DNA of 64,000 bases. Origin: an uncultured Pseudomonadales bacterium. GTDB taxonomy: Bacteria; Patescibacteriota; Microgenomatia; UBA1400; PJMF01. Shown piece by piece: positions 37,339 through 46,350 of this stretch (position 1 is its first letter; the number at the start of each line of letters is the position of its first letter). Both the position numbers and the translations under genes were made by a program. The stretch spans positions 84,551 through 148,550 of the forward strand of contig CAZKVV010000001.1 in NCBI GenBank assembly GCA_964556485.1, read 5' to 3'. Under the pieces are notes generated by a model. It had not been told where the DNA came from and did no database searches. It worked only from the letters and a program-made list of their open reading frames with translations.

Positions 37339-37566
37339 AGCGTGTGGCTCTGTGGTTCTCCCCACGGAGATACGAGGAAGAAGGGTGCTAGCAAAACAAA
37401 TTGAATAAGTAGCACAATCGAACCACTGTCCAAGCACAGTGAGGATCTGCGGAAACCTTCTGGTGATGTTGCAAACCCATATGCAACCAGGCTATTTTCA
37501 GGAGTAAAATCCTATAGTCTGTTTTTCAATAAAAAATACTATTCGTTTTTAGTGCGGGTTGTTTGC
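37339..37566 (+). ncRNA. glmS ribozyme (GlcN6P riboswitch-ribozyme), variant with core insertions
   Basis: AGCG at cleavage site, P1 CTCTGTGG/CCACGGAG, ACGAGG, P2 GAAGG/CCTTC, ATCGA, GCGGA, P3 loop AACCC pairing with GGGTT(37556); directly upstream of glmS. Confidence 0.8.
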
Positions 37567-37648
37567 CAGCGGTTTTTCAGTACAAAAAAAGTACTCAAAT
37601 CGCATCTTAACACCAACAAATTGCACAAAAGCGTACAGAAAGTAACGT

Positions 37649-39430
37649 ATGTGTGGCATTTTTGGATTTTATGGAACTGACAAAGAGCAGCAAGCGGCTG
37701 CAGTGGTTTTAGAGGGATTACAGAACTTGAGTTATCGCGGCTATGATTCTTGGGGAATTACGGTGGTATCAGAGGGGACATTGCATACCACGAAAGATGT
37801 GGGACATGTTGCGACAAATGTTCCAGCGAGTTTACCCAAGGCATCAATTGCAATTGCACATAGCAGATGGGCAACCCATGGCGGCGTGACAAAAGTCAAT
37901 GCTCACCCCCATACAGCTACTGATGGTAGTTTTGTGTTGGCTCAAAATGGTATTATCGAAAATTTCGAGGTTTTGAAAAGTGATTTGCAACAAAAAGGCT
38001 ATACCTTTCTTTCCCAGACGGACACCGAGGTTATTGTGTATCTGGTAGAAGAACAAAAGAAAAAAGGATTGCCATTGGATGAAGCAGTACGTCAAGCATT
38101 TTTATTGCTAGATGGAAGAAACACTATCCTAGTGCTTTCAACAGAAGGTGAAATAATTGCCGCGCGCAATGGTTCGCCGTTGGTGGTGGGGAAGGGCAAA
38201 AATAAGGATGAGTGGTACTTTTCTTCGGACACCTTATCCTTTGCTAATACGGTTGAAAAAGTGCTGGTTGTTGAGAATGGCCAGATGGTGGTTTGTTCTT
38301 CTGGGAAAGTTGAGTTGCTCGCAATAAGCACCGGTAAAACAGTTGAACCTGAGTTTGAGAAGTTTCATTTTGCTTCCCAAAAAGCTGACAAAGCAGGTTT
38401 CGATCACTTCATGCAAAAAGAAATTGATGAAACTCCACAAGTTATTGCGCAAGTGTTAGCTCAAGATAAAACAATGTTGTTGGCTTTGGCTGAGGCTGTT
38501 ACCAGTGCGCGTCAGGTGTATACATTGGGTTCTGGTACTGCTGGAATTGCATCTCAACAAATAGCCTTCTATCTAAGAAAAATAGCAAAAGTGAACACTA
38601 TAAGTTTGGTGGGTGCGGAGGCTCAAAGTTACTTTGAACTCTTCAACAAGGACGATCTCATTATTGCTCCCTCACAGAGCGGTGAGACAGCTGACGTCTT
38701 AGAAGTCCTGGAGGTCGCGCAGAAAAAAGGTGTCAAAATTGCAACGTACGTCAACATGTATGGTTCTATCATGACGCGCATGGCTGATTTCCCGTTTATG
38801 GCGGGGGCAGGACCTGAGATGTGTGTGATGTCTACCAAAGTTTTTACCTCACAAATTGCTTGGGGTTACTTGTTGGCAAAAACCATTGCTGGGGAATTTG
38901 AGCAGGGTCGAGCTCAACTGCAGGAACTTAAGGAGCAGCTTCGTATTTGTTTGGATGATTCAGCTTTTCATGCACAACTCAAAAATGTTGCCGGCACGCT
39001 TGTTGACGCACAAGATATTTTCTTGCTGGGTAAGTCACAAAATATGGCCATGGTTTTGGAAGGTATGGTTAAGATTATCGAAGGTTCATACAAACATGCC
39101 CATGGAATTCCAGCTGGTGACCTTAAACACTATGCCATCACGATTATGGAAAAAGGTGTGCCGGTATTTGTGTTAGTGAGCAATGATGAAGCCCGGACAG
39201 ATAGTATTTCCGCGGGGACTGAGGTCAAGACAAGAGGTGCAACGGTTATTGGCATCGGCCAGGGAAAAGTACCAAGTTTTGATAGCTTTATTGAACTGCC
39301 AGATGTTGGTGAAGTTTCGGCTATTATGAACATTGTGCCGCTGCAACTCATTGCCTACTACCTGACAGTAGCTCTGGGAAATAATGTTGATAAGCCCAGA
39401 AACATTGCCAAGAGTGTGACGGTGAAGTAG
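37649..39430 (+). CDS. glmS: Glutamine--fructose-6-phosphate transaminase
   Basis: MCGIFG, YRGYDS, HSRWATHG, SQSGETAD, PRNIAKSVT. Confidence 0.97.
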   Translation: MCGIFGFYGTDKEQQAAAVVLEGLQNLSYRGYDSWGITVVSEGTLHTTKDVGHVATNVPASLPKASIAIAHSRWATHGGVTKVNAHPHTATDGSFVLAQNGIIENFEVLKSDLQQKGYTFLSQTDTEVIVYLVEEQKKKGLPLDEAVRQAFLLLDGRNTILVLSTEGEIIAARNGSPLVVGKGKNKDEWYFSSDTLSFANTVEKVLVVENGQMVVCSSGKVELLAISTGKTVEPEFEKFHFASQKADKAGFDHFMQKEIDETPQVIAQVLAQDKTMLLALAEAVTSARQVYTLGSGTAGIASQQIAFYLRKIAKVNTISLVGAEAQSYFELFNKDDLIIAPSQSGETADVLEVLEVAQKKGVKIATYVNMYGSIMTRMADFPFMAGAGPEMCVMSTKVFTSQIAWGYLLAKTIAGEFEQGRAQLQELKEQLRICLDDSAFHAQLKNVAGTLVDAQDIFLLGKSQNMAMVLEGMVKIIEGSYKHAHGIPAGDLKHYAITIMEKGVPVFVLVSNDEARTDSISAGTEVKTRGATVIGIGQGKVPSFDSFIELPDVGEVSAIMNIVPLQLIAYYLTVALGNNVDKPRNIAKSVTVK

Positions 39431-39483
39431 CATTGACCATTTCTTGGTAATCTTACTTGTAGGTTTAAATTGATACTGGTACT

Positions 39484-40032
39484 ATGGGGTCTATGACAGA
39501 ACAACAACTTCCTAATGTAGCAGATGTAAAAATAGCAGCCATTGAAGAAAATAGTCCTGATGCTAGCGAAGTAGTCATTCCAAATTGGTATCAAGATTTC
39601 GCTGTAAGTATGGCTAAAGCTGAGAATGTTTCGGAAAAACTTGCGAATTTCGATACTTTATCTTATGCAGCTATCAATGCAGCCATAGGTGGTGATATGA
39701 GGGAGTTGCCATACCAAGTGCTCAGAGTTTTATTACCTGACGGTTCGGATAACCAGCAAGTCGCAGACGTACTGAGAAGTTCCAGAGAAGAATATCTAAA
39801 ATCTCATCCAGATGAAGTACAAGGCCGTGGCGCAACTGAAGGTATCATTAGCTATGACGGTAGATTTATACCAATCAAGATTTGGGAAACGCTTACAGAG
39901 CATCAAAAATTTGCTGTATTCGTGGGGTCAACATGCACTCATTATGCAGGAGATGTTCCAGGATATGGCGACTTGGATTATATGGATGCCGATCAATATG
40001 ATGCTTATCTTAGAGAAAAAAAACAGTTCTAA
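39484..40032 (+). CDS. Hypothetical protein
   Basis: 182 aa ORF filling the intergenic space. Confidence 0.6.
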   Translation: MGSMTEQQLPNVADVKIAAIEENSPDASEVVIPNWYQDFAVSMAKAENVSEKLANFDTLSYAAINAAIGGDMRELPYQVLRVLLPDGSDNQQVADVLRSSREEYLKSHPDEVQGRGATEGIISYDGRFIPIKIWETLTEHQKFAVFVGSTCTHYAGDVPGYGDLDYMDADQYDAYLREKKQF

Positions 40033-40033
40033 A

Positions 40034-40960
40034 CTATTTTTTTCTTCTTTTCTTCCTTCGTTCAGCCACAATTACTCCTGAAATAATTAACAAAAGGGCA
40101 AGCGTTTGCCCCCAGTGTAGTGTGTCGCCAAGCAAGAGTACTGCAAGTGGAACATAGACAAGAGGTTGCAAGTAGGTGAATAGGCTCGCTTCGGATGCTT
40201 CGATGCCATCTTGGCCTTTTATGTAGGCGGTAAGCCCTATGATTGAACCAAAGGTTGCCATATAGAAAGCTGCCACCCAGACAGAAGGGGATTGCAGGTC
40301 AGTTTGTATGGCAGGAAGCAGTGCAGAATGAGACCAGCCAGCTTCCCAAAGACTCAGAACACCAAAGACGATCATGCCAATAACAAAACTCACAGCCGCT
40401 ACAAAGAGTTTAGGGAGTTTCTTGTAGTGTTTTTTTGCTAGGACAAAGTAAAATGCCGCGGCAATATTCTGTCCAATAATCAAGACATTACCTAACAGGG
40501 ACAGATGAGTGATAGACTGCAGGCCCAACAACAATGGTAGCAGCACTAACAAAATAGTTCCTGAAAGTGCCAGTCCAAGTCCAATCAATTCATGTTTTTC
40601 TTCACGTTCACGTAAGTACCAAGTTCCAACCAGTACTGTGAAAATGGGAGCTGTAGTGGTGATCAGACTCGCCTCAAGTGCCGTGGTCTTTGCGAGTCCA
40701 ATGTATAACAACCCGAGTGAAACAGTGCCGAGTAGTTCAACAGAAAGGAGCGATACTAGTTTCTTTTTGAGTGACTTAATTTTGGGTACATAGTACAAAA
40801 AAATGGGTATCGACAGTACGCTGGCTATGAAAAAACGGTACAGTAAATACCGAAACGCAGTAGAGACGTCTAAACTTGGTTTTACTATGACTAGTGCAGC
40901 GCCCCAGACAATAGTATTTACTAGCAAAAATCCATAGGAAACAGTTCGCTTTGAAAACAT
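40034..40960 (-). CDS. DMT/EamA family transporter
   Basis: ~10 TM, IVWG, YRF, ASLI...P, ASLF.YLQP. Confidence 0.9.
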   Translation of the reverse strand: MFSKRTVSYGFLLVNTIVWGAALVIVKPSLDVSTAFRYLLYRFFIASVLSIPIFLYYVPKIKSLKKKLVSLLSVELLGTVSLGLLYIGLAKTTALEASLITTTAPIFTVLVGTWYLREREEKHELIGLGLALSGTILLVLLPLLLGLQSITHLSLLGNVLIIGQNIAAAFYFVLAKKHYKKLPKLFVAAVSFVIGMIVFGVLSLWEAGWSHSALLPAIQTDLQSPSVWVAAFYMATFGSIIGLTAYIKGQDGIEASEASLFTYLQPLVYVPLAVLLLGDTLHWGQTLALLLIISGVIVAERRKKRRKK

Positions 40961-40978
40961 ATCCTACTAGCTTAGCAC

Positions 40979-42229
40979 TTACTTTGTTGCAAGCGTACTA
41001 ATAGCTTTGTCGATCGAAACACTATCCTGTTGGCCCGTCACTAAATTTTTGAGAACTACGATATTTTGTGACTGTTCTGCTTCACCCGCGACAATAACAA
41101 ATGGTATGCCTTTTTTGTCGGCATACTTGAACTGTTTGGATAAATCATCGGGGGTGGGGTAGAGTTCAACAGCAATACCAGCCTTGCGCAGTTTGGTTGT
41201 TATTTGCAGTGTGTAGTTAGTTGCTAGGCTTTGAGATGCTGTTTCAAATACCGTAACCAGGGCTTTTGTGCTTGCCTTGCTGGTTGCAATGCCAAGAGCA
41301 AGTGCAGCTTCGACAACGCGGTCAAAACCAATGCCCACACCAACGGCCGGAGTTTCTTTGCCGCAGAGTTGACCAATCAGGTTGTCATATCTACCACCGC
41401 CACCACAAGATCCACCTTCATAACCCGGAATAGTAATTTCAAAAATCATGCCGGTGTAGTAATCGAGACCACGGGCAAGACTTGGGGTAAAAATCAGAGT
41501 TGACTCTGGAATACCCAGTTGTTGTGTTAGCTTGCTGATTTCTTGTAATTGCTCAGACATTGTTGCGGCAGCTATAGCAGAAAGGACATTTTCTGCCCTA
41601 GATTCAGAAAGGCCTTTGGCTACCAATTCAGCAGCGACATCTGCAGGTGTCATCTTATCTAGTTTGTCGATTGTTTGGACAATAGAGTACACAGGCACTT
41701 GGTCGGTAGCAAAAGGTGACAGGACAGTCAACAAGGTTTGGCGGTCGTTAATTTTGATTTCAATTTGCGAAAAACCTACTGCAGACAGTGCCTCGTAGGT
41801 GCCTGCCAAAATTTCGGCATCGGCAAGAGGTGAGGTAGTGTTATAGATATCAATGTCACACTGGGTGAATTCGCGGTATCTGCCTTTTTGTGGTTTATCG
41901 GCACGGAATACATTTTGAATTTGATATCTTCTAAAGAATTTTGGTAGCTCATTTTGATATTGTGCCAACACTCGAGCTGTTGGTACTGTTTGGTCGTAGC
42001 GAAGGGCAACTTCGCGATTGCCTCGATCTTCAAAAGTATAGACCAATTTGTCAGCTTCACTGCCATATTTGCCCAGAAGTAAGGATGCGTATTCGAGTGT
42101 GGGTGTTTCGAGTGGTTCAAAACCAAATCGTTCAAAACTGTTTGCAATAGCTGTTGCCACAGCAGTACGCACCCTCTTTTGCGAAGGGAGAAAATCTCTA
42201 AAACCTTTAAGTGTTTGTACGTTGTTCAT
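40979..42229 (-). CDS. hisS: Histidine--tRNA ligase
   Basis: KGFRD, LRYDQT, GRYREFTQ, ARGLDYYTG, GGGRYD. Confidence 0.98.
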   Translation of the reverse strand: MNNVQTLKGFRDFLPSQKRVRTAVATAIANSFERFGFEPLETPTLEYASLLLGKYGSEADKLVYTFEDRGNREVALRYDQTVPTARVLAQYQNELPKFFRRYQIQNVFRADKPQKGRYREFTQCDIDIYNTTSPLADAEILAGTYEALSAVGFSQIEIKINDRQTLLTVLSPFATDQVPVYSIVQTIDKLDKMTPADVAAELVAKGLSESRAENVLSAIAAATMSEQLQEISKLTQQLGIPESTLIFTPSLARGLDYYTGMIFEITIPGYEGGSCGGGGRYDNLIGQLCGKETPAVGVGIGFDRVVEAALALGIATSKASTKALVTVFETASQSLATNYTLQITTKLRKAGIAVELYPTPDDLSKQFKYADKKGIPFVIVAGEAEQSQNIVVLKNLVTGQQDSVSIDKAISTLATK

Positions 42230-42283
42230 ATTCTGTCTTTCTCTTGTATTTGTACTATAGCGTAGGTGGATCGGAAAGGGTAC

Positions 42284-42309
42284 AAAAAAACCCCCGTTGA
42301 GGGAGTTTT
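42284..42309 (-). terminator. Attenuator terminator upstream of hisS
   Basis: Minus strand AAAACTCCC-TCAAC-GGGGGTTTTTTT. Confidence 0.75.
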
Positions 42310-42333
42310 ACAATGCACGCAAGAACACCCCTC

Positions 42334-42381
42334 TCAACACTGAGTGGTATGATGATGTGCTTGTGCAAAAGTATTTTTCAT
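42334..42381 (-). CDS. His leader peptide MKNTFAQAHHHTTQC
   Basis: Three tandem CAT codons, TATACT -10 eight nt upstream of ATG, followed by antiterminator/terminator and hisS. Confidence 0.8.
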   Translation of the reverse strand: MKNTFAQAHHHTTQC

Positions 42382-42418
42382 ACGCCTATAGTATATCACA
42401 TGGTATACTATCTGCTTT

Positions 42419-43369
42419 ATGAAGCAAGAAATATCAGTAATAAATCGCGCCGCCACTGCTAGATATCAAGAACTTACTCGTACAAAATTAGGTAGACTTG
42501 ATGAGTTGGTTATTCCTTCAGAATGCAATGTTGAAGTGAAAGAGTGGGGGTATGTATTCTTTCCACAAAATGCAGAAAAAATTGATACTCTAATTATATT
42601 CGTACATTCTGGAATTCGTGTTCCAGATGGTTTTGACAATTTGCTCAATATCGGCAGCCCTGAAGCAATTGCGGATTTTGTAGAAACAGTGGTGTTAAAC
42701 GTTGATTTAGGGGGTGGCCTGGTAGCTAGCAACCTTTTAGCGCAACTCAACGAAAATCCTTCAACTGCGCTAGTTTGGTATGACTACACTCGTATTACCG
42801 GCGATCCTAATAGAGTGTTTCTCGAAGAACAGCTGCCTGATAAACCTTTTAGAGGCGCGACACCTTGGAGTACAGAAGCACAAACAGTAGTTAGTCGTGC
42901 GCCGATTGTTGAAGCAACGATTGCTCCATTTTTTTCAGATTTACTTGATTTAACTAAACAGTATCAACCTCGATTGATTATTTCTCCCCATACGTATGAT
43001 CCTTTAGGCGGTGGGTTTGTGAGCGCTAGTATTACTGATACGTTTGGTGAAACCTTACGACCAGCAGGTATGATTTTTCAGGAAAACACCTATGCGCCAG
43101 AATTAGGAACTCTACTTTCACCAGAAGATATAGAACGGTTGCAAAAAATGTATACGCTTGCATTATCAAAAATTTCAACATTAGAAAAAGCACAAAACGT
43201 TCAAGTTACTATTGACGAGCCTTATAAAATTGGACTTACCTTAGTTGTTTGGTTGCAAATGATGCAAAAATGCAGCCATTTTATGTTCGAAATGCGCAAA
43301 GACATGTTTGAAGGAATTACAGATGCAGACCTCGATGTGCTAGCGCAACTTATTTTGAAAGCTCGATAG
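42419..43369 (+). CDS. N-formylglutamate amidohydrolase-like Zn hydrolase
   Basis: HSG.RVP, D.G, R..GDPNR, HTY, PY, FEMR.D motifs. Confidence 0.55.
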   Translation: MKQEISVINRAATARYQELTRTKLGRLDELVIPSECNVEVKEWGYVFFPQNAEKIDTLIIFVHSGIRVPDGFDNLLNIGSPEAIADFVETVVLNVDLGGGLVASNLLAQLNENPSTALVWYDYTRITGDPNRVFLEEQLPDKPFRGATPWSTEAQTVVSRAPIVEATIAPFFSDLLDLTKQYQPRLIISPHTYDPLGGGFVSASITDTFGETLRPAGMIFQENTYAPELGTLLSPEDIERLQKMYTLALSKISTLEKAQNVQVTIDEPYKIGLTLVVWLQMMQKCSHFMFEMRKDMFEGITDADLDVLAQLILKAR

Positions 43370-44426
43370 CATCAGTGTCGGTGATGAGCACCGTATTTTC
43401 AAATCGATAGCCAAACTTTTCTTGCAAGTAAATGCCGGGTTCGATGGTAATAACAGTGTTTGTGGCCACGAGTGCTTCATTTCTCCAGTTGAGTGACGGT
43501 GGCTCATGAATATCCAACCCCAGTCCATGCCCAGTGGTATGTATAAACTGTTGGCCAAAACCAGCTCTTGTGATCACTTCCCGAGCCCAGGCGTCGATCG
43601 TTTTGGCAGCAAGTTGCTTTTTTTCCGCAATGGTTGTTTTTACGCCTGATAGTGCTGCGTTATATGCTGCCATGACAATTGATTCTATCGAAAGAAACTC
43701 GGCAGAGGGTGTTGGTCCAAACCAAACGGTGCGAGTCATGTCAGCGCAGAAGCCGTTTACGCGACCGCCGACATCAATAAGCACGGCCATGTTTTCCTCG
43801 AGTATTTTGCTGGTTGGCTGATGGTGAGGAAGTGCGCTGTTTGGTCCAAAAGCAACGATGGTTGGGAATGCTAGGTTAGCGTCAGCACCAAGTTGTAACA
43901 TGTTTAAGAACAGCAGTGAGCGGACTTCTTTTTCGGTCATTCCTACACGAAGTTGCGATATGACAGCAGTAACAGCTTGACTAGTAATTTCACAAGCCTT
44001 GGCAATTGACTGTTGTTCGAGCTCATTTTTTGCGGCGCGAAGTTGCCAGATTTGCTCTTTTTGCATCGGTTCAATTTCAAGCGAGCATTTTTCCTTAATC
44101 CATCGATATTCTTCAAACTTGAGATCATCTGCATCGATAAAAAGGGTTTTGATGGGTGAGACCTTGGAGCTTTCCTCAATATGACCCACAAGTTGACTAG
44201 GGAATGATCCGGTTTTTAAGGTGATATCAGCAAAAACGGTAGAAGTTGGAGAAAAACTTGAGTGGATGAGCGTGACGTCATCAGTGCGGATTAATAGAAA
44301 TGCTTCACGTTCGGATGTAACTAGGCAGTTAAAGCCTGCGAAAATAGTAATGTCTGAAGGTTGAGAAAGTAGAATAGCTTGATTTGGCTTCACGGATGAC
44401 TGCAGAGTGGCAAGTCGAGCGTCCAT
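43350..44426 (-). CDS. Xaa-Pro aminopeptidase (M24)
   Basis: IDVG, DMTRT, HTTGHGLGLDIHE, TIEPGIY, R.E. Confidence 0.92.
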   Translation of the reverse strand: MDARLATLQSSVKPNQAILLSQPSDITIFAGFNCLVTSEREAFLLIRTDDVTLIHSSFSPTSTVFADITLKTGSFPSQLVGHIEESSKVSPIKTLFIDADDLKFEEYRWIKEKCSLEIEPMQKEQIWQLRAAKNELEQQSIAKACEITSQAVTAVISQLRVGMTEKEVRSLLFLNMLQLGADANLAFPTIVAFGPNSALPHHQPTSKILEENMAVLIDVGGRVNGFCADMTRTVWFGPTPSAEFLSIESIVMAAYNAALSGVKTTIAEKKQLAAKTIDAWAREVITRAGFGQQFIHTTGHGLGLDIHEPPSLNWRNEALVATNTVITIEPGIYLQEKFGYRFENTVLITDTDAIELSK

Positions 44427-44428
44427 AA

Positions 44429-45148
44429 TTAGTTCATTTCCTCAAGTGGGGCTAGGGATCGAAGTGTAGCTAGTTCAAAGCCTGTTTCTGTATCAAAACC
44501 AGTTATAAGAACAGTCACGTCTTCATCGAAGTCTGCAATTACAGCTTTTTCGCCGGTTTCATCCTGTAAAATGGAATTTTTCATTACTTTGAATTTCTTT
44601 TCTTCGCCGTTTGAGCGATCGGTAATGCTTACTTCTTTAGCTGAAATAGTGACGATTGGTCCAATGGTGACTATCTGCGTTTTTGGTCGTAGTGTTGTTT
44701 CGGAAACTAAAATCACACTTGGTATAAAATCATTTGCAACTTTAGAGCCAAGGACTGTGACCCAATTTCCTACAGCGATATCTTCAAGCGGTAAGCTTTT
44801 GCCTTTTTTTGTGATCACGATTGTGTCATCTATGGCAAGAATGGTAGTGCCTTGTCTATTTTGGTAGGTGAGAGCACCGTCATTGATGCGTTGCACTTCA
44901 CCAATACTGCCATATTTTGAGTTCAGCATAGTGCTAATGGCACCTTTTACTTTTGAGGTGTTGTCTTCGATGCGCTTTTTAATTTCATCAATGGCACTTT
45001 CAGCAGTTTCTTCGAGGGTTGCCTCGGCTGTAGCAGTTTTTGGTTGAGCAGCCATAGCAGGCGTAGTTGAGAGTGCTAGTGCCGCAACCGTACTCAGTGT
45101 GAGTAGGAAGCCAAGAAATAAGTAGTGTTGTAGGTTATTTTTCATCAT
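44429..45148 (-). CDS. Hypothetical secreted protein (tandem beta-barrel repeats)
   Basis: Signal peptide, two repeated beta-rich units. Confidence 0.65.
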   Translation of the reverse strand: MMKNNLQHYLFLGFLLTLSTVAALALSTTPAMAAQPKTATAEATLEETAESAIDEIKKRIEDNTSKVKGAISTMLNSKYGSIGEVQRINDGALTYQNRQGTTILAIDDTIVITKKGKSLPLEDIAVGNWVTVLGSKVANDFIPSVILVSETTLRPKTQIVTIGPIVTISAKEVSITDRSNGEEKKFKVMKNSILQDETGEKAVIADFDEDVTVLITGFDTETGFELATLRSLAPLEEMN

Positions 45149-45611
45149 CTTTTGTTTCTGCTGAAGCTGAAGCCTCTGGAGATGGTGAGACTTCAAGTAA
45201 ATCTGAGACAATTATTACACGTTCGTCAGTAGCAGTGGTGCCAGTTTCATCTAAGACGTGGACTGAGAGTACATTGACACCATCTTCAAGTTCAACACTA
45301 AAGCTGAAGTTGCCGGTAGCGTCTGAGGTGGAGATGTAGTCATCATTATTTACAAACAGTACCACGTGAGCATTTTCACTGGTGGTCCCAGTTACAGTAG
45401 TTTCTGATCCAGGTTGCACCGTGCCATTTTCGGGATTATGAATGGCAATAAGGGCGGGATCTGAGGTGGTTGCAGGGCTTGGCTCGGTTGCTAGTTCGAG
45501 ATCTGTTGTAGGAGTTTCAGATAAAGAAGTACGAAAACGATACACACCATAAGTAATAAAGAGCCCCATGCCAAGGCCAATAAGGATTGCTAAGATAACT
45601 TCTTTTTTCAT
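45135..45611 (-). CDS. Membrane-anchored Ig-like domain protein
   Basis: MKKEVILAI TM; P.NG..V.G.T...GNF...L..G.N pattern. Confidence 0.65.
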   Translation of the reverse strand: MKKEVILAILIGLGMGLFITYGVYRFRTSLSETPTTDLELATEPSPATTSDPALIAIHNPENGTVQPGSETTVTGTTSENAHVVLFVNNDDYISTSDATGNFSFSVELEDGVNVLSVHVLDETGTTATDERVIIVSDLLEVSPSPEASASAETKDDEK

Positions 45612-45690
45612 TTTTCCTGATGCAATTTGTATGTGTTCAGGGTAGCATTATAACGCAAGTTACGGTACAGTGCAGGTAGCAAGGAGAGAT

Positions 45691-46350
45691 ATGTTACTTA
45701 CGTATCATGGACACGCAGCATTTAAGTTAAAGGGTAAAAAAGGCTCAGTTGTTACTGATCCCTACGCCGACTATGTTGGCTTCAGTTTACCCAAATTGAG
45801 TGCTGATTTGGTGACAGTTTCACACCAACATGAAGATCATAATGCTGTAGAAAAAGTGGCAAGTTCGAGCAAAAGAGCAAGGCCATTTATCATTGATAAA
45901 CCAGGCGAATATGAAGTTGGAGGTATTTCAGTTTTTGGAACTTCCTCGTTTCATGATGCCACTGGTGGAGTAGAACGTGGTCAAAATTTCATTTTTACCG
46001 TTCTGATTGATGGCGTGCGCGTTTGCCACTTGGGTGATCTTGGTCATGACTTAACACCAGATCAAATCGATGCGATTGGTCCTGTAGATGTCTTGCTCGT
46101 TCCGGTTGGTGGTAGTTTTACCATAGATCCTGTGGGAGCAGTTAAAGCAATTCGAGCAATTGAGCCTGGAATTGCTATTCCTATGCACTACAGAACACCT
46201 CGACATGACGCAAATATCTTTGGCGATATGAAGACACTCAATGATTTCTTGATGGAATATGGTGTAAGCCCTATACCAGTACCAAAACTAGATGTGACGG
46301 CAGGTAGAGTTTCGGAAGAAACAGAAATTGTGATACTGCTGGAGACTTGA
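45691..46350 (+). CDS. MBL-fold metallo-hydrolase
   Basis: GHAAF, SHQHEDH, HLGD, PVGG, IPMHY. Confidence 0.88.
   Translation: MLLTYHGHAAFKLKGKKGSVVTDPYADYVGFSLPKLSADLVTVSHQHEDHNAVEKVASSSKRARPFIIDKPGEYEVGGISVFGTSSFHDATGGVERGQNFIFTVLIDGVRVCHLGDLGHDLTPDQIDAIGPVDVLLVPVGGSFTIDPVGAVKAIRAIEPGIAIPMHYRTPRHDANIFGDMKTLNDFLMEYGVSPIPVPKLDVTAGRVSEETEIVILLET

Noticed and set aside
42230-42400. T-box riboswitch upstream of hisS
   Set aside because: No TGGNACC T-box or stem I motifs; a leader-peptide attenuator explains the region
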